Source: Candidatus Woesebacteria bacterium (GTDB taxonomy: Bacteria > Patescibacteriota > Microgenomatia > UBA8517). Taken from it: a stretch of 64,000 nt of DNA. Position 1 is the first letter of the stretch. Every line of letters begins with the position of its first letter. Positions 9,494 to 19,609 of the stretch are shown in pieces. The position numbers and the translations under genes are program-made. A model generated the notes under the pieces. It was given only the letters and a program-made list of their open reading frames with translations, had not been told where the DNA came from and did not search any database. The stretch lies in contig OY970314.1 of assembly GCA_963716475.1 (NCBI GenBank), positions 628,790 through 692,789 of the forward strand. Reading direction: 5' to 3'.

Positions 9494-10035
9494 AAGGTAC
9501 CTATTTACCGCTTGTCGCAGAGAAGATAGTTGAATACCGTACTAAAGAAGAGCAGATTCCAAAAACAGCAGAAGACATACAAATTATTGAATCAATTTAT
9601 AACCATTACAAAACCAATCCTTTTGGGTTTGAAAAATGCGCAGCCGAAGTTGTTAAACTTATGGATAAAAATTTTATTTCTTACGACCTAACGAGACCGT
9701 GGTTGGACGGTGGAAGAGACGCGATCGGAAAATACTGCATAGGATCTGAGGAAAATGGAATCAATGTTGACTATGCTATTGAGGCAAAATGCTACAAACT
9801 ATCGGTTGCAGTCGGAGTTAGGGGTACATCCAGATTAATTTCAAGATTAAAATACCGTCAATTCGGGATATTTGTAACAACCTCGTTTGTGCACAAACAA
9901 GCGTATAAAGAAATTAAAGAGGACGGTCACCCGGTACTGATTATTTCATCCCAAGATATTGTCAATATCCTAAAAAGGAATGGGTTCTCTACATTAAATC
10001 AAGTAAGTGAATGGATAAATTCTTTTGAAAAATGA
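9490..10035 (+). pseudogene. Mrr-cat (type IV restriction endonuclease catalytic domain) 5'-truncated fragment
   Basis: open frame from 9490 without start codon; 'FEKCAAEVVKLM', 'DGGRD', 'EAKCY', 'FVTTSF' match Mrr_cat; first ATG (9661) lies inside the domain. Confidence 0.5.
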
Positions 10036-10047
10036 GAAATAGTAGTT

Positions 10048-11871
10048 TCATTTTCTCTTTAAAAAGCCGAACTCCGGCTGAGTTGGTGTACCGACTAAAA
10101 GTGCCCTATCTAAAAATTTATTAAACACTTCACAGCTTGTCTCAGGCAAAAGAGCACACGCGTAACAGGCTGACATATTTAGCGATTCAAAACCCTGACC
10201 GCTGCTCTCGATACATAATGGGTCGTTTGCGCACCACCCTGATGTCTCAGCCATAGATTCCAAGACAGAGGCAAACCTTTCAGGATTAGCTTGTCTTACA
10301 AGTCCGCCTAAAGTGCCATCGGCGTCACCTTCAGCTGTATAAATTAACACACCTTGCATTTTGTTCTCATCTCCAGAGGAATCACAATATATTCGTTCGC
10401 GCAATGAGGCACCAGAATATCCCGATTCGAAACTTAATTGCCTAATTAGTAAGTGGCTGAAAGTATGAAGTAAAACGTATTTTGCTGTAACGGGTTTAAA
10501 ATTTATCTTACGTCTCTTACAGGAAATTTCGTAATTTTTGTTCATCTGTTCAATTCTCTTGATTACAAATTTGTTTTCAGCCCACGATTTTATTTTCTTA
10601 GAATCCAATGCAATAAATATTCCTTCACCCCGAACTTCTACAGCCGGCTTCCAAGTTGCGGGGTGGTTTGGTCTGTCTGTTAATGAGACTAATTCGGAAA
10701 CGTCATGTTCCTCGCCTTCTATAAGTTCTGTATCAGTTTCTTGAGGTCTGAGTCTAGTAAATCCTACGAGAGCCCTTATTTCCCTTAAAGAGCGTACAAG
10801 GAAAATATTTTCGATGCCATAATGAGCATAATCCTCACTCGTTTTTGCCGACACGACGTCAAAATCATATTTATTACTAGATGATGTGTCAAATTTTCCA
10901 TGAAATGCCTGGTATTCATCAAAACGATAATCTTCCTCAGTTTGAGTACCGGAGGATTCTAATAATTCACTCATCTGATTAACACATTTTTTAACTTCAT
11001 CAAAACTTCGGCCAATCTGTTTTGCTATCTCCTCTAAAAATTTATTTTTTATTGTTTGGTCATTTTCTAAAATACCCTCTGCGGTTGTAAGGGCTCGCCA
11101 ATAATCGGTTTCTTGTATGCTTTCAAATAAAGTATCTGTATACGGTGGAATCGTTATTGAGCTTGCAATTCGCGGAAAATAAACGTTACTACCTCCACGT
11201 TGGACGGTAACAATTCTTTCTCCGCATTTCTCTGTATTATTTTCTTTAGACCACGGCATGGCACCCCTGCAGGTATCAGTGAAAATATCGGGGTCGAAGG
11301 CTCCTTGCATTGAACGCGGTTTCGCATCACACTGCATGCATCTTATTTTGGAACCAGAAAGCCCTGCGCCAGCAAGACTTGTGTCGTACTTCAGTGTCGG
11401 ATCCGGACTGCAACCTTCTCCGCGGTGTACCCACCAAACCCAAGGGAAATCGTCAAGGTGACCTTTTCTGCAAGCCACCAGAAAGCTCATCGGAACCAAT
11501 CCTTTTCTGCATATATTACAACGCGGTTGTGTAAGAAATTTTCGTGTATCGTTTATTGTCCATTTCTCGTAAGTTTTTAATAAACGGCACTTGGGACAAA
11601 AAAGCCACCGCGGAAACCTACGGTATGGGAGTCCCTTTGGAAATTCTTCAGATGAAGGAGGCTGACGAAAATATTTTACATTCAGTTGTTTCTGTAATCG
11701 CTCGTCCCGAAGGATGTCTTTATTTCCAGTATTAGGCCAGGAGTCAATCCCCATAGCTATAAAGGTGCCTTGTTCCAAATTGATAAGCGCGCCTGGACCA
11801 AAAGTGGTAATCATTTGTCCCCGCCTAATTTTTGGGCGGGAATCATTTTTATATTTAAAATAATTAATCAT
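10048..11871 (-). CDS. drmB: DUF1998-domain protein, DrmB-like (DISARM)
   Basis: 607 aa; Cys clusters 'FCPKCR','CNICRKG...ACRKGHLDDFPW'; C-terminal 'LLHTFSHLLIRQ...GDADGTLGG...CYACALLPETSC' DUF1998 signature; 8-nt overlap with upstream helicase. Confidence 0.7.
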   Translation of the reverse strand: MINYFKYKNDSRPKIRRGQMITTFGPGALINLEQGTFIAMGIDSWPNTGNKDILRDERLQKQLNVKYFRQPPSSEEFPKGLPYRRFPRWLFCPKCRLLKTYEKWTINDTRKFLTQPRCNICRKGLVPMSFLVACRKGHLDDFPWVWWVHRGEGCSPDPTLKYDTSLAGAGLSGSKIRCMQCDAKPRSMQGAFDPDIFTDTCRGAMPWSKENNTEKCGERIVTVQRGGSNVYFPRIASSITIPPYTDTLFESIQETDYWRALTTAEGILENDQTIKNKFLEEIAKQIGRSFDEVKKCVNQMSELLESSGTQTEEDYRFDEYQAFHGKFDTSSSNKYDFDVVSAKTSEDYAHYGIENIFLVRSLREIRALVGFTRLRPQETDTELIEGEEHDVSELVSLTDRPNHPATWKPAVEVRGEGIFIALDSKKIKSWAENKFVIKRIEQMNKNYEISCKRRKINFKPVTAKYVLLHTFSHLLIRQLSFESGYSGASLRERIYCDSSGDENKMQGVLIYTAEGDADGTLGGLVRQANPERFASVLESMAETSGWCANDPLCIESSGQGFESLNMSACYACALLPETSCEVFNKFLDRALLVGTPTQPEFGFLKRK

Positions 11872-14800
11872 CTTTTATATCAATATTACATTCGGCATCT
11901 ACGTTTCTCATGGAGGTTGGGAATACCCAAAGACCTTTACCAGAATCCCCGGCCCTTCGTGCTATTGGGTTTCCTGCTTTGTCGTTTTTATAAACAACTT
12001 TTCCTTCATTTTCCTTTATAAAATTTTCCCATTGACTGACCAACATCTCGAATTCCTCGAGTGTCGCATCAGCCTCTGTACTGTCTACATCCTTCACTCT
12101 TTGAATAATATAATTCCGTAATTCTGTTATTTTTGGTAATTCGGGCTTGAATAAGGCGGCACCACCTTCCTCTTCAAAATTTAAACCCAACCCGTGACGA
12201 AACATTGCCACAATAACCGCACTTAACGCACGTGCCCTAGCGGGGGCAGAGAAGGGGGTAACACTTGAAGGCTCAACACTTCTGTAGAATGTTTCGTGGT
12301 ATGTTCGAAAACGTTCGTAATGGGCACGGTCTCTAGTCCTTGCAGAATTGTAAAGGGTAATTACTAATCCGGGAAAACGTCTACCTATTCGGCTTGATAC
12401 CTGAATATACTCCGAGGTAAGTTTTGGCTGTCCGCGAATTACCATTAAATCAAGCCTATCTATATCAACACCCACGGACAACATGTTTGTGGCGGCAAGT
12501 ACGTCAATGGCGTTTCTATCAGGGAACGTTACGGATAACTGTTCGAGAATTTCAGGTATTTCTTCGGCACGCTTTCTACTTGTTAATTCTTTTGGTACAG
12601 CAATGTCACGCATAAAGCCACCATACCTCTGTTTTAATACATTCGCATATAAGGGGATATCGTCAGTCAAAAGGGATATAAACCCTCCTAGTTCACGGAT
12701 ACTGTTGAAGTAGTTTACGATTGTCCAATATTTATCTTTTACTTCATCATCTTCCTCAATTGTAAATACAGAATGTAGTAACTCAGCGGTGAGCCGAACG
12801 GCAGCCGTTGTTTGTGTTTTGCCCGAAGGCATAATTCCGAGATACAACCTTCCCAGTTTAATATTAAGCGGCACTTCCTTTGAAAAAAATGAATCGTTAA
12901 TATCAACTCCGGGGGATGGAAATTGCCTTGTCTCTCTATCAAAAAGATTCTTACACTGGTCTGCAGCGCGTCTTATTGTTGCAGTAGATGCTACAATTTT
13001 TGGCCGTACTCCTTTTCTTGAACAAAGAAAGTCAATCACAGTCTCATAAAGTCCAACCATAGTTCCCAATGCCCCTGAAATTAAGTGCAATTCGTCCTGA
13101 ATGATAAGTTCCGGGGGCAGGTTGGGATTATCGTTGTCGGATGCAAATACTCTTGATATACCTTTTTGTAGAGGCATTTGGGCAAACTTATCGACAGTCC
13201 CAAATAACAAAGTGGAGGGATCTCTGTAAATTTCTTCATCAACAATAAGTACTGGAAGTCTTTGATGAAAGGCACAAGTCTTTTCAAGACAAAAAAGATT
13301 GGCTTGTTTAGATTTACTTTTATATCCGCATACTCTATTTCCGTTCGCTTGCTCTATAACTGTTTTAGTTCCACACCAGGGGCACGAAAGTATAGGCGAT
13401 GGATTTTTGTCAGTTTCACCAAAAATAAATTCCTGAAAACCTTTCTCTGCCATCTCCAAACTATTAGGAGTTGAATCTATTCCGACCCAAAGTCCGACTG
13501 ATATCTCCTCGCTTCCCAACTTTCCATTACTGTCTTGTCTGATTTTTTCCATAGCACATATTAGAGTGCATGCTCTCTGAAATTGTTGCGCGGTGAGCAA
13601 ACGCAATGTATATCTCATTATTACGGCTGTACCTCCGGATTCGTTTGGATATTTAAGTCGTCGATAAAAAATTGTGAATGATGAAAGACCAAGATACGCC
13701 TCAGTTTTACCTCCACCCGTGGGAAACCAAATTAAATCAACGATCTCTCTATCCTTGGATTTGTGTTCGGTAATGCCTTTTAATGAAAGCAGGAGGAATG
13801 CTAATTGAAAAGGTCTCCAGCTACGTCTTCCAGTCTTCTCAGATAGATAATCTGGCCATTCTATAGTGCCTTCTCCGGGAGATCTCTTTTGCTTTTGGAG
13901 TTCTGAATGGAGCGATTGCATCAACATGGCCTTATTGGCCAATTGGAAGGATTCCATCACAAGATTGTCAGCGTCAAGCAACCGAACCCCTTCAATCATT
14001 CTAGAGCAAGATTCCTCACACAGCGCAATGTGTTTGTCGACAGTATTAGAGAAATTAGTCGGCAAATTGGTGTTTTCTCTAAGACTGCTTATCCATTGTT
14101 TGTATAAATTACAAAAGATATTAAGTTTGTCTATTATTTCCCCCTTCTTAAGGGTTCCGGTTCCCGAAAGCTCCCTCATGCTAAGTATTAAAGGGTCCAA
14201 ACCCGGTACATCAAAATCGGTTTTTGGAACTTCGAATGCTGGAATAGTCTCTGTATAAACGGAGGATGAATTAATAGCGCCCTCATCACGTGTCCAATTT
14301 GCAGAGCACCCATGTCCGACTGCATAGGTTTTTCTATTTCTATACAAAAGAGCTAAAGACAGTTCTTCCTCATCGTGTTTAAACAATGGAACTGAGGAGT
14401 ACTCTGCAAATATTTCCTTTTGATCACTCGCTGAAGTGACAATCATCGAAACATTAAAAAATACATGTTCCTCGTCCATTCCAACGTGGCCGACCTGATT
14501 TGTATTTTTAAGGGCAAGTGTGAAAAGGGTTAAATTACCCTTATCATCATGTCTTCTTTCACACACCAGTTCTAGGCCCTCCGTTACTCTTTGAGATTTA
14601 AAATCAGCTTTAATAGTTAGATCCGCCGTATCTCCAAGACTTTGCCACTCACCCTGGGATTGCCTGACCGCTTTATAGAGTTGGGGAATAAAATCCTTTT
14701 CATTAGATTTTTCAGATATTTGTTTAGGTATCCCGTAATCGACAACCCCGCGAGTAGACAACTTTCCTTCAGTGAACTCAAAATTTTCTTTAAATTCTTC

Positions 14801-15232
14801 CAAGTCTGCAATGGATTCCGGGATTTTATCAACCTCAACATAATGCTCCCCTGTTTCTAATTTTTGATAAGTCGTCCAGTTAACTTTAACTTTTAAGTTA
14901 GGGCTATTTCCCAAACAGTAAAAGCTTATTCCCATTACGCTGGGAAAGAATGAATTAGCAGATCCCTTATCCGAATCTATAATTTCGCCACCCCCTGTTG
15001 TATCAGCATTATCCTGCTCGTTTACATCACTTTCTTCCGCGATATCTCTACGAGATTCGTAAAGATTTGGGAAAATCATCCCAGCGGAGTACCTGGTGAC
15101 GGGATTTTCCGTAATTCTTTCTTTTCCACTTGCCGGGCCGATAAACTCTGAAAAAACACCATCAACGATACGTGAACGTTCGGTTGCGTAACGATTTTCT
15201 TTTTCATCCATATTCATTGTTTCATTTAACAA
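11864..15232 (-). CDS. drmA: DEAD/DEAH-box SF2 helicase with ~480-aa N-terminal domain, DrmA-like (DISARM)
   Basis: 1122 aa; motif I 'FPTGGGKTEAY', motif II 'IIQDELHLI', motif III 'STATI', motif VI 'QVSSRIGRR'; immediately upstream of DUF1998 gene. Confidence 0.7.
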   Translation of the reverse strand: MLNETMNMDEKENRYATERSRIVDGVFSEFIGPASGKERITENPVTRYSAGMIFPNLYESRRDIAEESDVNEQDNADTTGGGEIIDSDKGSANSFFPSVMGISFYCLGNSPNLKVKVNWTTYQKLETGEHYVEVDKIPESIADLEEFKENFEFTEGKLSTRGVVDYGIPKQISEKSNEKDFIPQLYKAVRQSQGEWQSLGDTADLTIKADFKSQRVTEGLELVCERRHDDKGNLTLFTLALKNTNQVGHVGMDEEHVFFNVSMIVTSASDQKEIFAEYSSVPLFKHDEEELSLALLYRNRKTYAVGHGCSANWTRDEGAINSSSVYTETIPAFEVPKTDFDVPGLDPLILSMRELSGTGTLKKGEIIDKLNIFCNLYKQWISSLRENTNLPTNFSNTVDKHIALCEESCSRMIEGVRLLDADNLVMESFQLANKAMLMQSLHSELQKQKRSPGEGTIEWPDYLSEKTGRRSWRPFQLAFLLLSLKGITEHKSKDREIVDLIWFPTGGGKTEAYLGLSSFTIFYRRLKYPNESGGTAVIMRYTLRLLTAQQFQRACTLICAMEKIRQDSNGKLGSEEISVGLWVGIDSTPNSLEMAEKGFQEFIFGETDKNPSPILSCPWCGTKTVIEQANGNRVCGYKSKSKQANLFCLEKTCAFHQRLPVLIVDEEIYRDPSTLLFGTVDKFAQMPLQKGISRVFASDNDNPNLPPELIIQDELHLISGALGTMVGLYETVIDFLCSRKGVRPKIVASTATIRRAADQCKNLFDRETRQFPSPGVDINDSFFSKEVPLNIKLGRLYLGIMPSGKTQTTAAVRLTAELLHSVFTIEEDDEVKDKYWTIVNYFNSIRELGGFISLLTDDIPLYANVLKQRYGGFMRDIAVPKELTSRKRAEEIPEILEQLSVTFPDRNAIDVLAATNMLSVGVDIDRLDLMVIRGQPKLTSEYIQVSSRIGRRFPGLVITLYNSARTRDRAHYERFRTYHETFYRSVEPSSVTPFSAPARARALSAVIVAMFRHGLGLNFEEEGGAALFKPELPKITELRNYIIQRVKDVDSTEADATLEEFEMLVSQWENFIKENEGKVVYKNDKAGNPIARRAGDSGKGLWVFPTSMRNVDAECNIDIKDD

Positions 15233-16955
15233 AACTGTTGAGTCTATTCTGATACTCAGTTTTTAATTTTTTATCCATAAAAACATATAACTTGTCCTTA
15301 GCCCTCGTCATCGCAACATAATTCGCAGATTCAGAAAACCTTCCAGAAAAAGAATCAACGTCGATATACACAATAATATTATTTTCGAGCCCTTTGAACA
15401 TTTGTGCTGAGGCATACAAAACTTTATCTTTCGGCGGGTTCGAAATGTTTTCCTCATTTGCCTCAGTTACAAAGCGTGGAACCTTCACCCCTGATGTGTA
15501 CAGTGACATTGAACCAGTATTCCTGCTAGTAAGTAAGGTTATAGAAGACGGGGGTACTTCTTCCACGGTAACCAATTTGTTTATTAACTCAACAACCTTC
15601 AGTGCCATATCTTCATCTCCGTTGCATAGATTAAATTCAACTTTGGGGCCCTCAACTCTTGGTTTGCCTGCTGGGAAACCTGAAACAATCGAGGCTTGGG
15701 TCGCTATCTGCAAAGTGTTTCTGACATTTAGGTCAAGTCTATATTCTGGCGCTCCTATACTTTTTAGATAAGTGTAAGATTCGCTACTAAAGCGGTTAAA
15801 AAGTCTTGCTTGTCCGCCGGGATCTAAGAAAATAGCCCAGTTTCCTTCTTTTAGACCATGTTTTAATACGGAGTCTAGAGCAAGTAGGTAATTTTCACTC
15901 AAAAGGTCCTGTGCTTCGTCAATAATCAACCAATCAAATTTTTCCTGGACTGTTTTCTCAGCAGCGTTCATGAATACTGATGGCAGTATTTCGTTATAAA
16001 TCTCATCGGAGGTCTTTCCCAAACTTCTTTTGTCTAGTTCCTTTTCGAACCCAGCTTTTTTAATAACCCCCAAAAAATATCTGTTTATAGAGTTGACCTG
16101 CAGATATGAACTGTCGAGATCGACCGACGAAATCTCATTTCGCAAACAAACCCCTAACAGTTTGTTAAAACATAAGAGAAGGGTTTTTTGCTTGTTAAAA
16201 AATAATCTTCTTGTCTTCTCGACAGCTAATAATGTTTTGCCGGTTCCAGCAGCCCCTGTGAACAATGTTCTTGGGTTTCCCTCCATCTGATCTAATGCCC
16301 TATATTGTTCCTTAGTAAAACTGATTATTTGGTCTTCAGCCCTTACGATATCGCTCCATAAGCGTGTACCTGATTCAAAATCACCTCTTAAATAATCAAC
16401 AATATTAGATTTGGGGATCGGTATCTGCCTTGAAGCCAGATGCGTTTTCCTTTTCCAATAATCAGATAGTCTTTCAACATACTTACTTATAGGACTCGAT
16501 AAGCCATGTACATCGTAGACTATTTCCTTATCCCATTCAGGAGATTCTTCATTAAACTCTATATCTGGAAAAAGAACCCCGTATCCAAAAATGTACCCAT
16601 GATTTTGCCCAAATTTCGATTCTAGGTCACTTTTTAGTGAATACATACCCGAAGAAGCTTGTGCAAAAGGACCTTCCACCTTTTTGTTTTCCTGTCCATA
16701 GCGGTCTTCAAAAATCCATATACCGTCTTTACGGGAAACCCGGCCACCCTTAACTTCCAGGGAAAGTATTAATCCTTTCCCAATCAGAACAAAATCGATT
16801 TCTCCCTGCCTTTTTTGTAGATGTCTGGATAGACCTAAAGAATGTAGACATGTAAATTCTGTAAGATCATCCAGATTATTTAACAATGTAAAAATTTTCC
16901 TCTCGGCATTACTTTTAACATCGGGGTTGATGTAGGACGGAATCATTTTTGCCAT
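15222..16955 (-). CDS. NERD-domain nuclease fused to UvrD/PcrA-like SF1 helicase
   Basis: 577 aa; N-term 'GEIDFVLIGKGLILSLEVKGG' (NERD); 'FTGAAGTGKTLLAV' (Walker A), 'LIIDEAQDLL', C-term 'YVAMTRAKDKLYV' (motif VI). Confidence 0.7.
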   Translation of the reverse strand: MAKMIPSYINPDVKSNAERKIFTLLNNLDDLTEFTCLHSLGLSRHLQKRQGEIDFVLIGKGLILSLEVKGGRVSRKDGIWIFEDRYGQENKKVEGPFAQASSGMYSLKSDLESKFGQNHGYIFGYGVLFPDIEFNEESPEWDKEIVYDVHGLSSPISKYVERLSDYWKRKTHLASRQIPIPKSNIVDYLRGDFESGTRLWSDIVRAEDQIISFTKEQYRALDQMEGNPRTLFTGAAGTGKTLLAVEKTRRLFFNKQKTLLLCFNKLLGVCLRNEISSVDLDSSYLQVNSINRYFLGVIKKAGFEKELDKRSLGKTSDEIYNEILPSVFMNAAEKTVQEKFDWLIIDEAQDLLSENYLLALDSVLKHGLKEGNWAIFLDPGGQARLFNRFSSESYTYLKSIGAPEYRLDLNVRNTLQIATQASIVSGFPAGKPRVEGPKVEFNLCNGDEDMALKVVELINKLVTVEEVPPSSITLLTSRNTGSMSLYTSGVKVPRFVTEANEENISNPPKDKVLYASAQMFKGLENNIIVYIDVDSFSGRFSESANYVAMTRAKDKLYVFMDKKLKTEYQNRLNSFVK

Positions 16956-16957
16956 TA

Positions 16958-19609
16958 TTAGATATTATCAGTTGCCATTAGTTTATTGATTACATCGAAT
17001 GGCACCATTACTTCCTCATCAGATATCTTAGAAACTCTTGCTATCCGGACTTGGGAAGACATTTCGTCAAGTTTATCACGCAATACAGGGTCGTCGATTA
17101 TGCTTTCCGGGGATATGTAGGATTGGGTTATTTTTTTGGCTAAATAACGGCCAATCTTGATTCGTAGAGCATGTATCTTTCTTGTAGCATCCTTCACTTC
17201 CCTTAAATGTGTGTTCAATTCTTTGTTATTTGTCATTCTCGCAATTTTATCAATCGGAGTGTAGTTGTTTTCAGTAGGGCCGATTGTCCCACCCGCAAGC
17301 CAGTTGTTAATTGTTGCCGGATGTCTTTCCACGCCTGCCCTGTCCAGATATACTTTAAGCTGGTCCTGATTCAAATTATTCTCATTGCAGTATGTGATTA
17401 AAGCCGTTCTCCACAACTCTGACATTTTAATCAGGTTAACTATTTCCGGTTTGTGTTCATAAAACTCTACAAGTTCATCGAAAACGGTACCTTTTGCGCT
17501 TAAAAACGCAATTTCATCTCCTTCCAATAATTCACTAATGGTTTTGGTGACAATCTTTTCATTTTTTAAATCCAGTACCCTTATGTTCGTGCCAGGTTGA
17601 AAAAATGAATGTCTGTTGTCAGAAAACAAAACTAGGCGTGCTTTGAATAATTCCGAACGGCCACCGTAGGTATTGGTCGCAGATTTTATCAATGCCGTAG
17701 ACAAAACGCTGTCAATATCAAAAACCTCTTCGTTATCAATTCCATCAGTCTTCTGCTGCGGTAAAGCCTCAAGATTGTTATTTAATACTTGATCAGGAAC
17801 TTTTAAGATACCGGAGCGGTAGGTAAGGCTAGTATATTGACTTAATAAACGCCTTGTCATGTCGAAGGACCGCTCGAGCTCCTGTTTTTGTAACGGGTAC
17901 ACCAAAAGGTAGTTCTTTCCTACACGGGGTTCCAGCATCAGTAAATTCTTTGCCGACGGTTTAAATGTCCATATTATGATATCGTAGCCACCAACAGCTT
18001 CCGTGATGCTATCTGTATAACCCACGCTTGGTACTAACCATCCGTATTCGGCTTTTTCTATTTCTGGGGTAACTAAATTTCTGATAGCATCAATTGTTTG
18101 TGGATATTTTGTGAGGATACACACCCTCCTGTCTTTATTTTCAACAACCAACGCCTCTGCCTGAACGGACTTGGCATAATGTTCCTTAAATTTAGTTACT
18201 GAGTCATCCAAAAGCGAGACGAGTTCTGCCGCGTCGTGGTCAAAATTTTCCGGTACTGCACTCAACCTGAGTGTTTCTATACTATCCCGCAGCAATTTAA
18301 TATCCTCTTCAAGCGTTTTTCCACCAATACCTTGTGCCATCTCGTCAAGCTTGGACACGGAAAGCGGGGATTGGAATATTTTATTCGCTACCCCCGCAGC
18401 ACGAACAGAAAAAAGCAGCAAATCATTATTGTTGTACTCGTTACTCTTGGAAAACATTCCGTGAAGGAGCATTTGAATCTTTTTGTGTGATTCTAGGGAA
18501 ATACCCTGCGGATAGGGTATTTCAACAAAGACATCTTCATAGGCTGCAAGTTTGGGCACTACATTGTTATGCTTGTTAACTAACCCGGAATATTCACTGT
18601 TAGCCGACCCGGTATTGCTTTGACCGGGATTCGTAAATCCGGTCAATCCCTTAAAATCGTTAACATCCCAAATCCATATTTTAAACCCCAGACCCTTTTC
18701 AAGCTTTTCTATCAAGTCCAGCTGACTGTAAGACTGTAGCCAGTAAATATCCTCAATACTGTATTGATTCCTGATTGAAGCTGCCAAACTTATATCACGC
18801 AATGCTTTTCCCTGGGCATCAACAAATAACGTTTTAACCAGGGGTTCTGATTCCAGAACATCGTCCGCTATCGATAAACCCGAAACAAAATAAAACATGT
18901 ATGCCATTTTCCTAACGTCCCTGCTAAGACTTATCCGGTTCCCTTTCGTACATTTCATTGACGGAAATATCTCAAAGAAAGGCTTTCCGTTTAATTCGAT
19001 ATTTTTTAAGATGTTGATTAAATGCGGTCTTTCACTCGATACCAAAAAAGCAGGGTAGCCGGATAGCCCAACCTGCTGACCCTGAAATCCTAAAAGCAAT
19101 CGTAGTACATCCTTTGCGTCTTTTTTCGTTTTATCCGGCTCGTAGGCGTCGGGTATAGTTTTAATGCCGGAATACTTCGATACCGAAGAGAAAAAGTGCA
19201 GCGGTATTGACTCATACGTGTTGTATTTATCGCTATAGCCAAGCCGGAATTTACCTATTTTAGTTGCCGGGTCGGTCGAAACACCTCCGTATTTGGCTAT
19301 CCTACCGTCAAACTCAACAAGTTCGCCGACTTTAAAATCGTTTAGTCTAAGTTTTGAATTCTTAATAATTGCTCCTTTGTAAGCAACAAGCCCCATTATT
19401 ATTAGAAGGTAAACATCAAGCAGGTCATCACCGGGGTGATAAATAGCAATACTATTCTTTGTCTCATCCAATACGTTATTGTGAACTATTAACGCGTTAA
19501 GCATCTCATAGCCTCCGATAGACAAAGGGCTGCCGGCGAGAGAAAGTCGTAATGCCCGAAGCTCCGAGATATCGTCTTTTATGTAATTAATGATTCTGTC
19601 GTTGAACAT
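16958..19609 (-). CDS. large protein of unknown function (candidate DrmE-like defense component)
   Basis: 883 aa, no recognisable catalytic motif except a relaxed P-loop-like 'AQGIGGKT'; translationally coupled between MTase and NERD-helicase. Confidence 0.5.
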   Translation of the reverse strand: MFNDRIINYIKDDISELRALRLSLAGSPLSIGGYEMLNALIVHNNVLDETKNSIAIYHPGDDLLDVYLLIIMGLVAYKGAIIKNSKLRLNDFKVGELVEFDGRIAKYGGVSTDPATKIGKFRLGYSDKYNTYESIPLHFFSSVSKYSGIKTIPDAYEPDKTKKDAKDVLRLLLGFQGQQVGLSGYPAFLVSSERPHLINILKNIELNGKPFFEIFPSMKCTKGNRISLSRDVRKMAYMFYFVSGLSIADDVLESEPLVKTLFVDAQGKALRDISLAASIRNQYSIEDIYWLQSYSQLDLIEKLEKGLGFKIWIWDVNDFKGLTGFTNPGQSNTGSANSEYSGLVNKHNNVVPKLAAYEDVFVEIPYPQGISLESHKKIQMLLHGMFSKSNEYNNNDLLLFSVRAAGVANKIFQSPLSVSKLDEMAQGIGGKTLEEDIKLLRDSIETLRLSAVPENFDHDAAELVSLLDDSVTKFKEHYAKSVQAEALVVENKDRRVCILTKYPQTIDAIRNLVTPEIEKAEYGWLVPSVGYTDSITEAVGGYDIIIWTFKPSAKNLLMLEPRVGKNYLLVYPLQKQELERSFDMTRRLLSQYTSLTYRSGILKVPDQVLNNNLEALPQQKTDGIDNEEVFDIDSVLSTALIKSATNTYGGRSELFKARLVLFSDNRHSFFQPGTNIRVLDLKNEKIVTKTISELLEGDEIAFLSAKGTVFDELVEFYEHKPEIVNLIKMSELWRTALITYCNENNLNQDQLKVYLDRAGVERHPATINNWLAGGTIGPTENNYTPIDKIARMTNNKELNTHLREVKDATRKIHALRIKIGRYLAKKITQSYISPESIIDDPVLRDKLDEMSSQVRIARVSKISDEEVMVPFDVINKLMATDNI

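Noticed and set aside
11258-14860. Multiple 60-130-aa plus-strand ORFs (11258.., 12424.., 12789.., 13866.., 14642..)
   Set aside because: All lie antisense within the DrmA/DrmB genes, which have strong helicase and DUF1998 motifs. They are spurious.
16958-19609. Calling the 883-aa protein an ATPase on the basis of 'AQGIGGKT'
   Set aside because: The match is to the relaxed [AG]x4GK[ST] only. No Walker B or other NTPase motifs are nearby, so it is probably coincidental.
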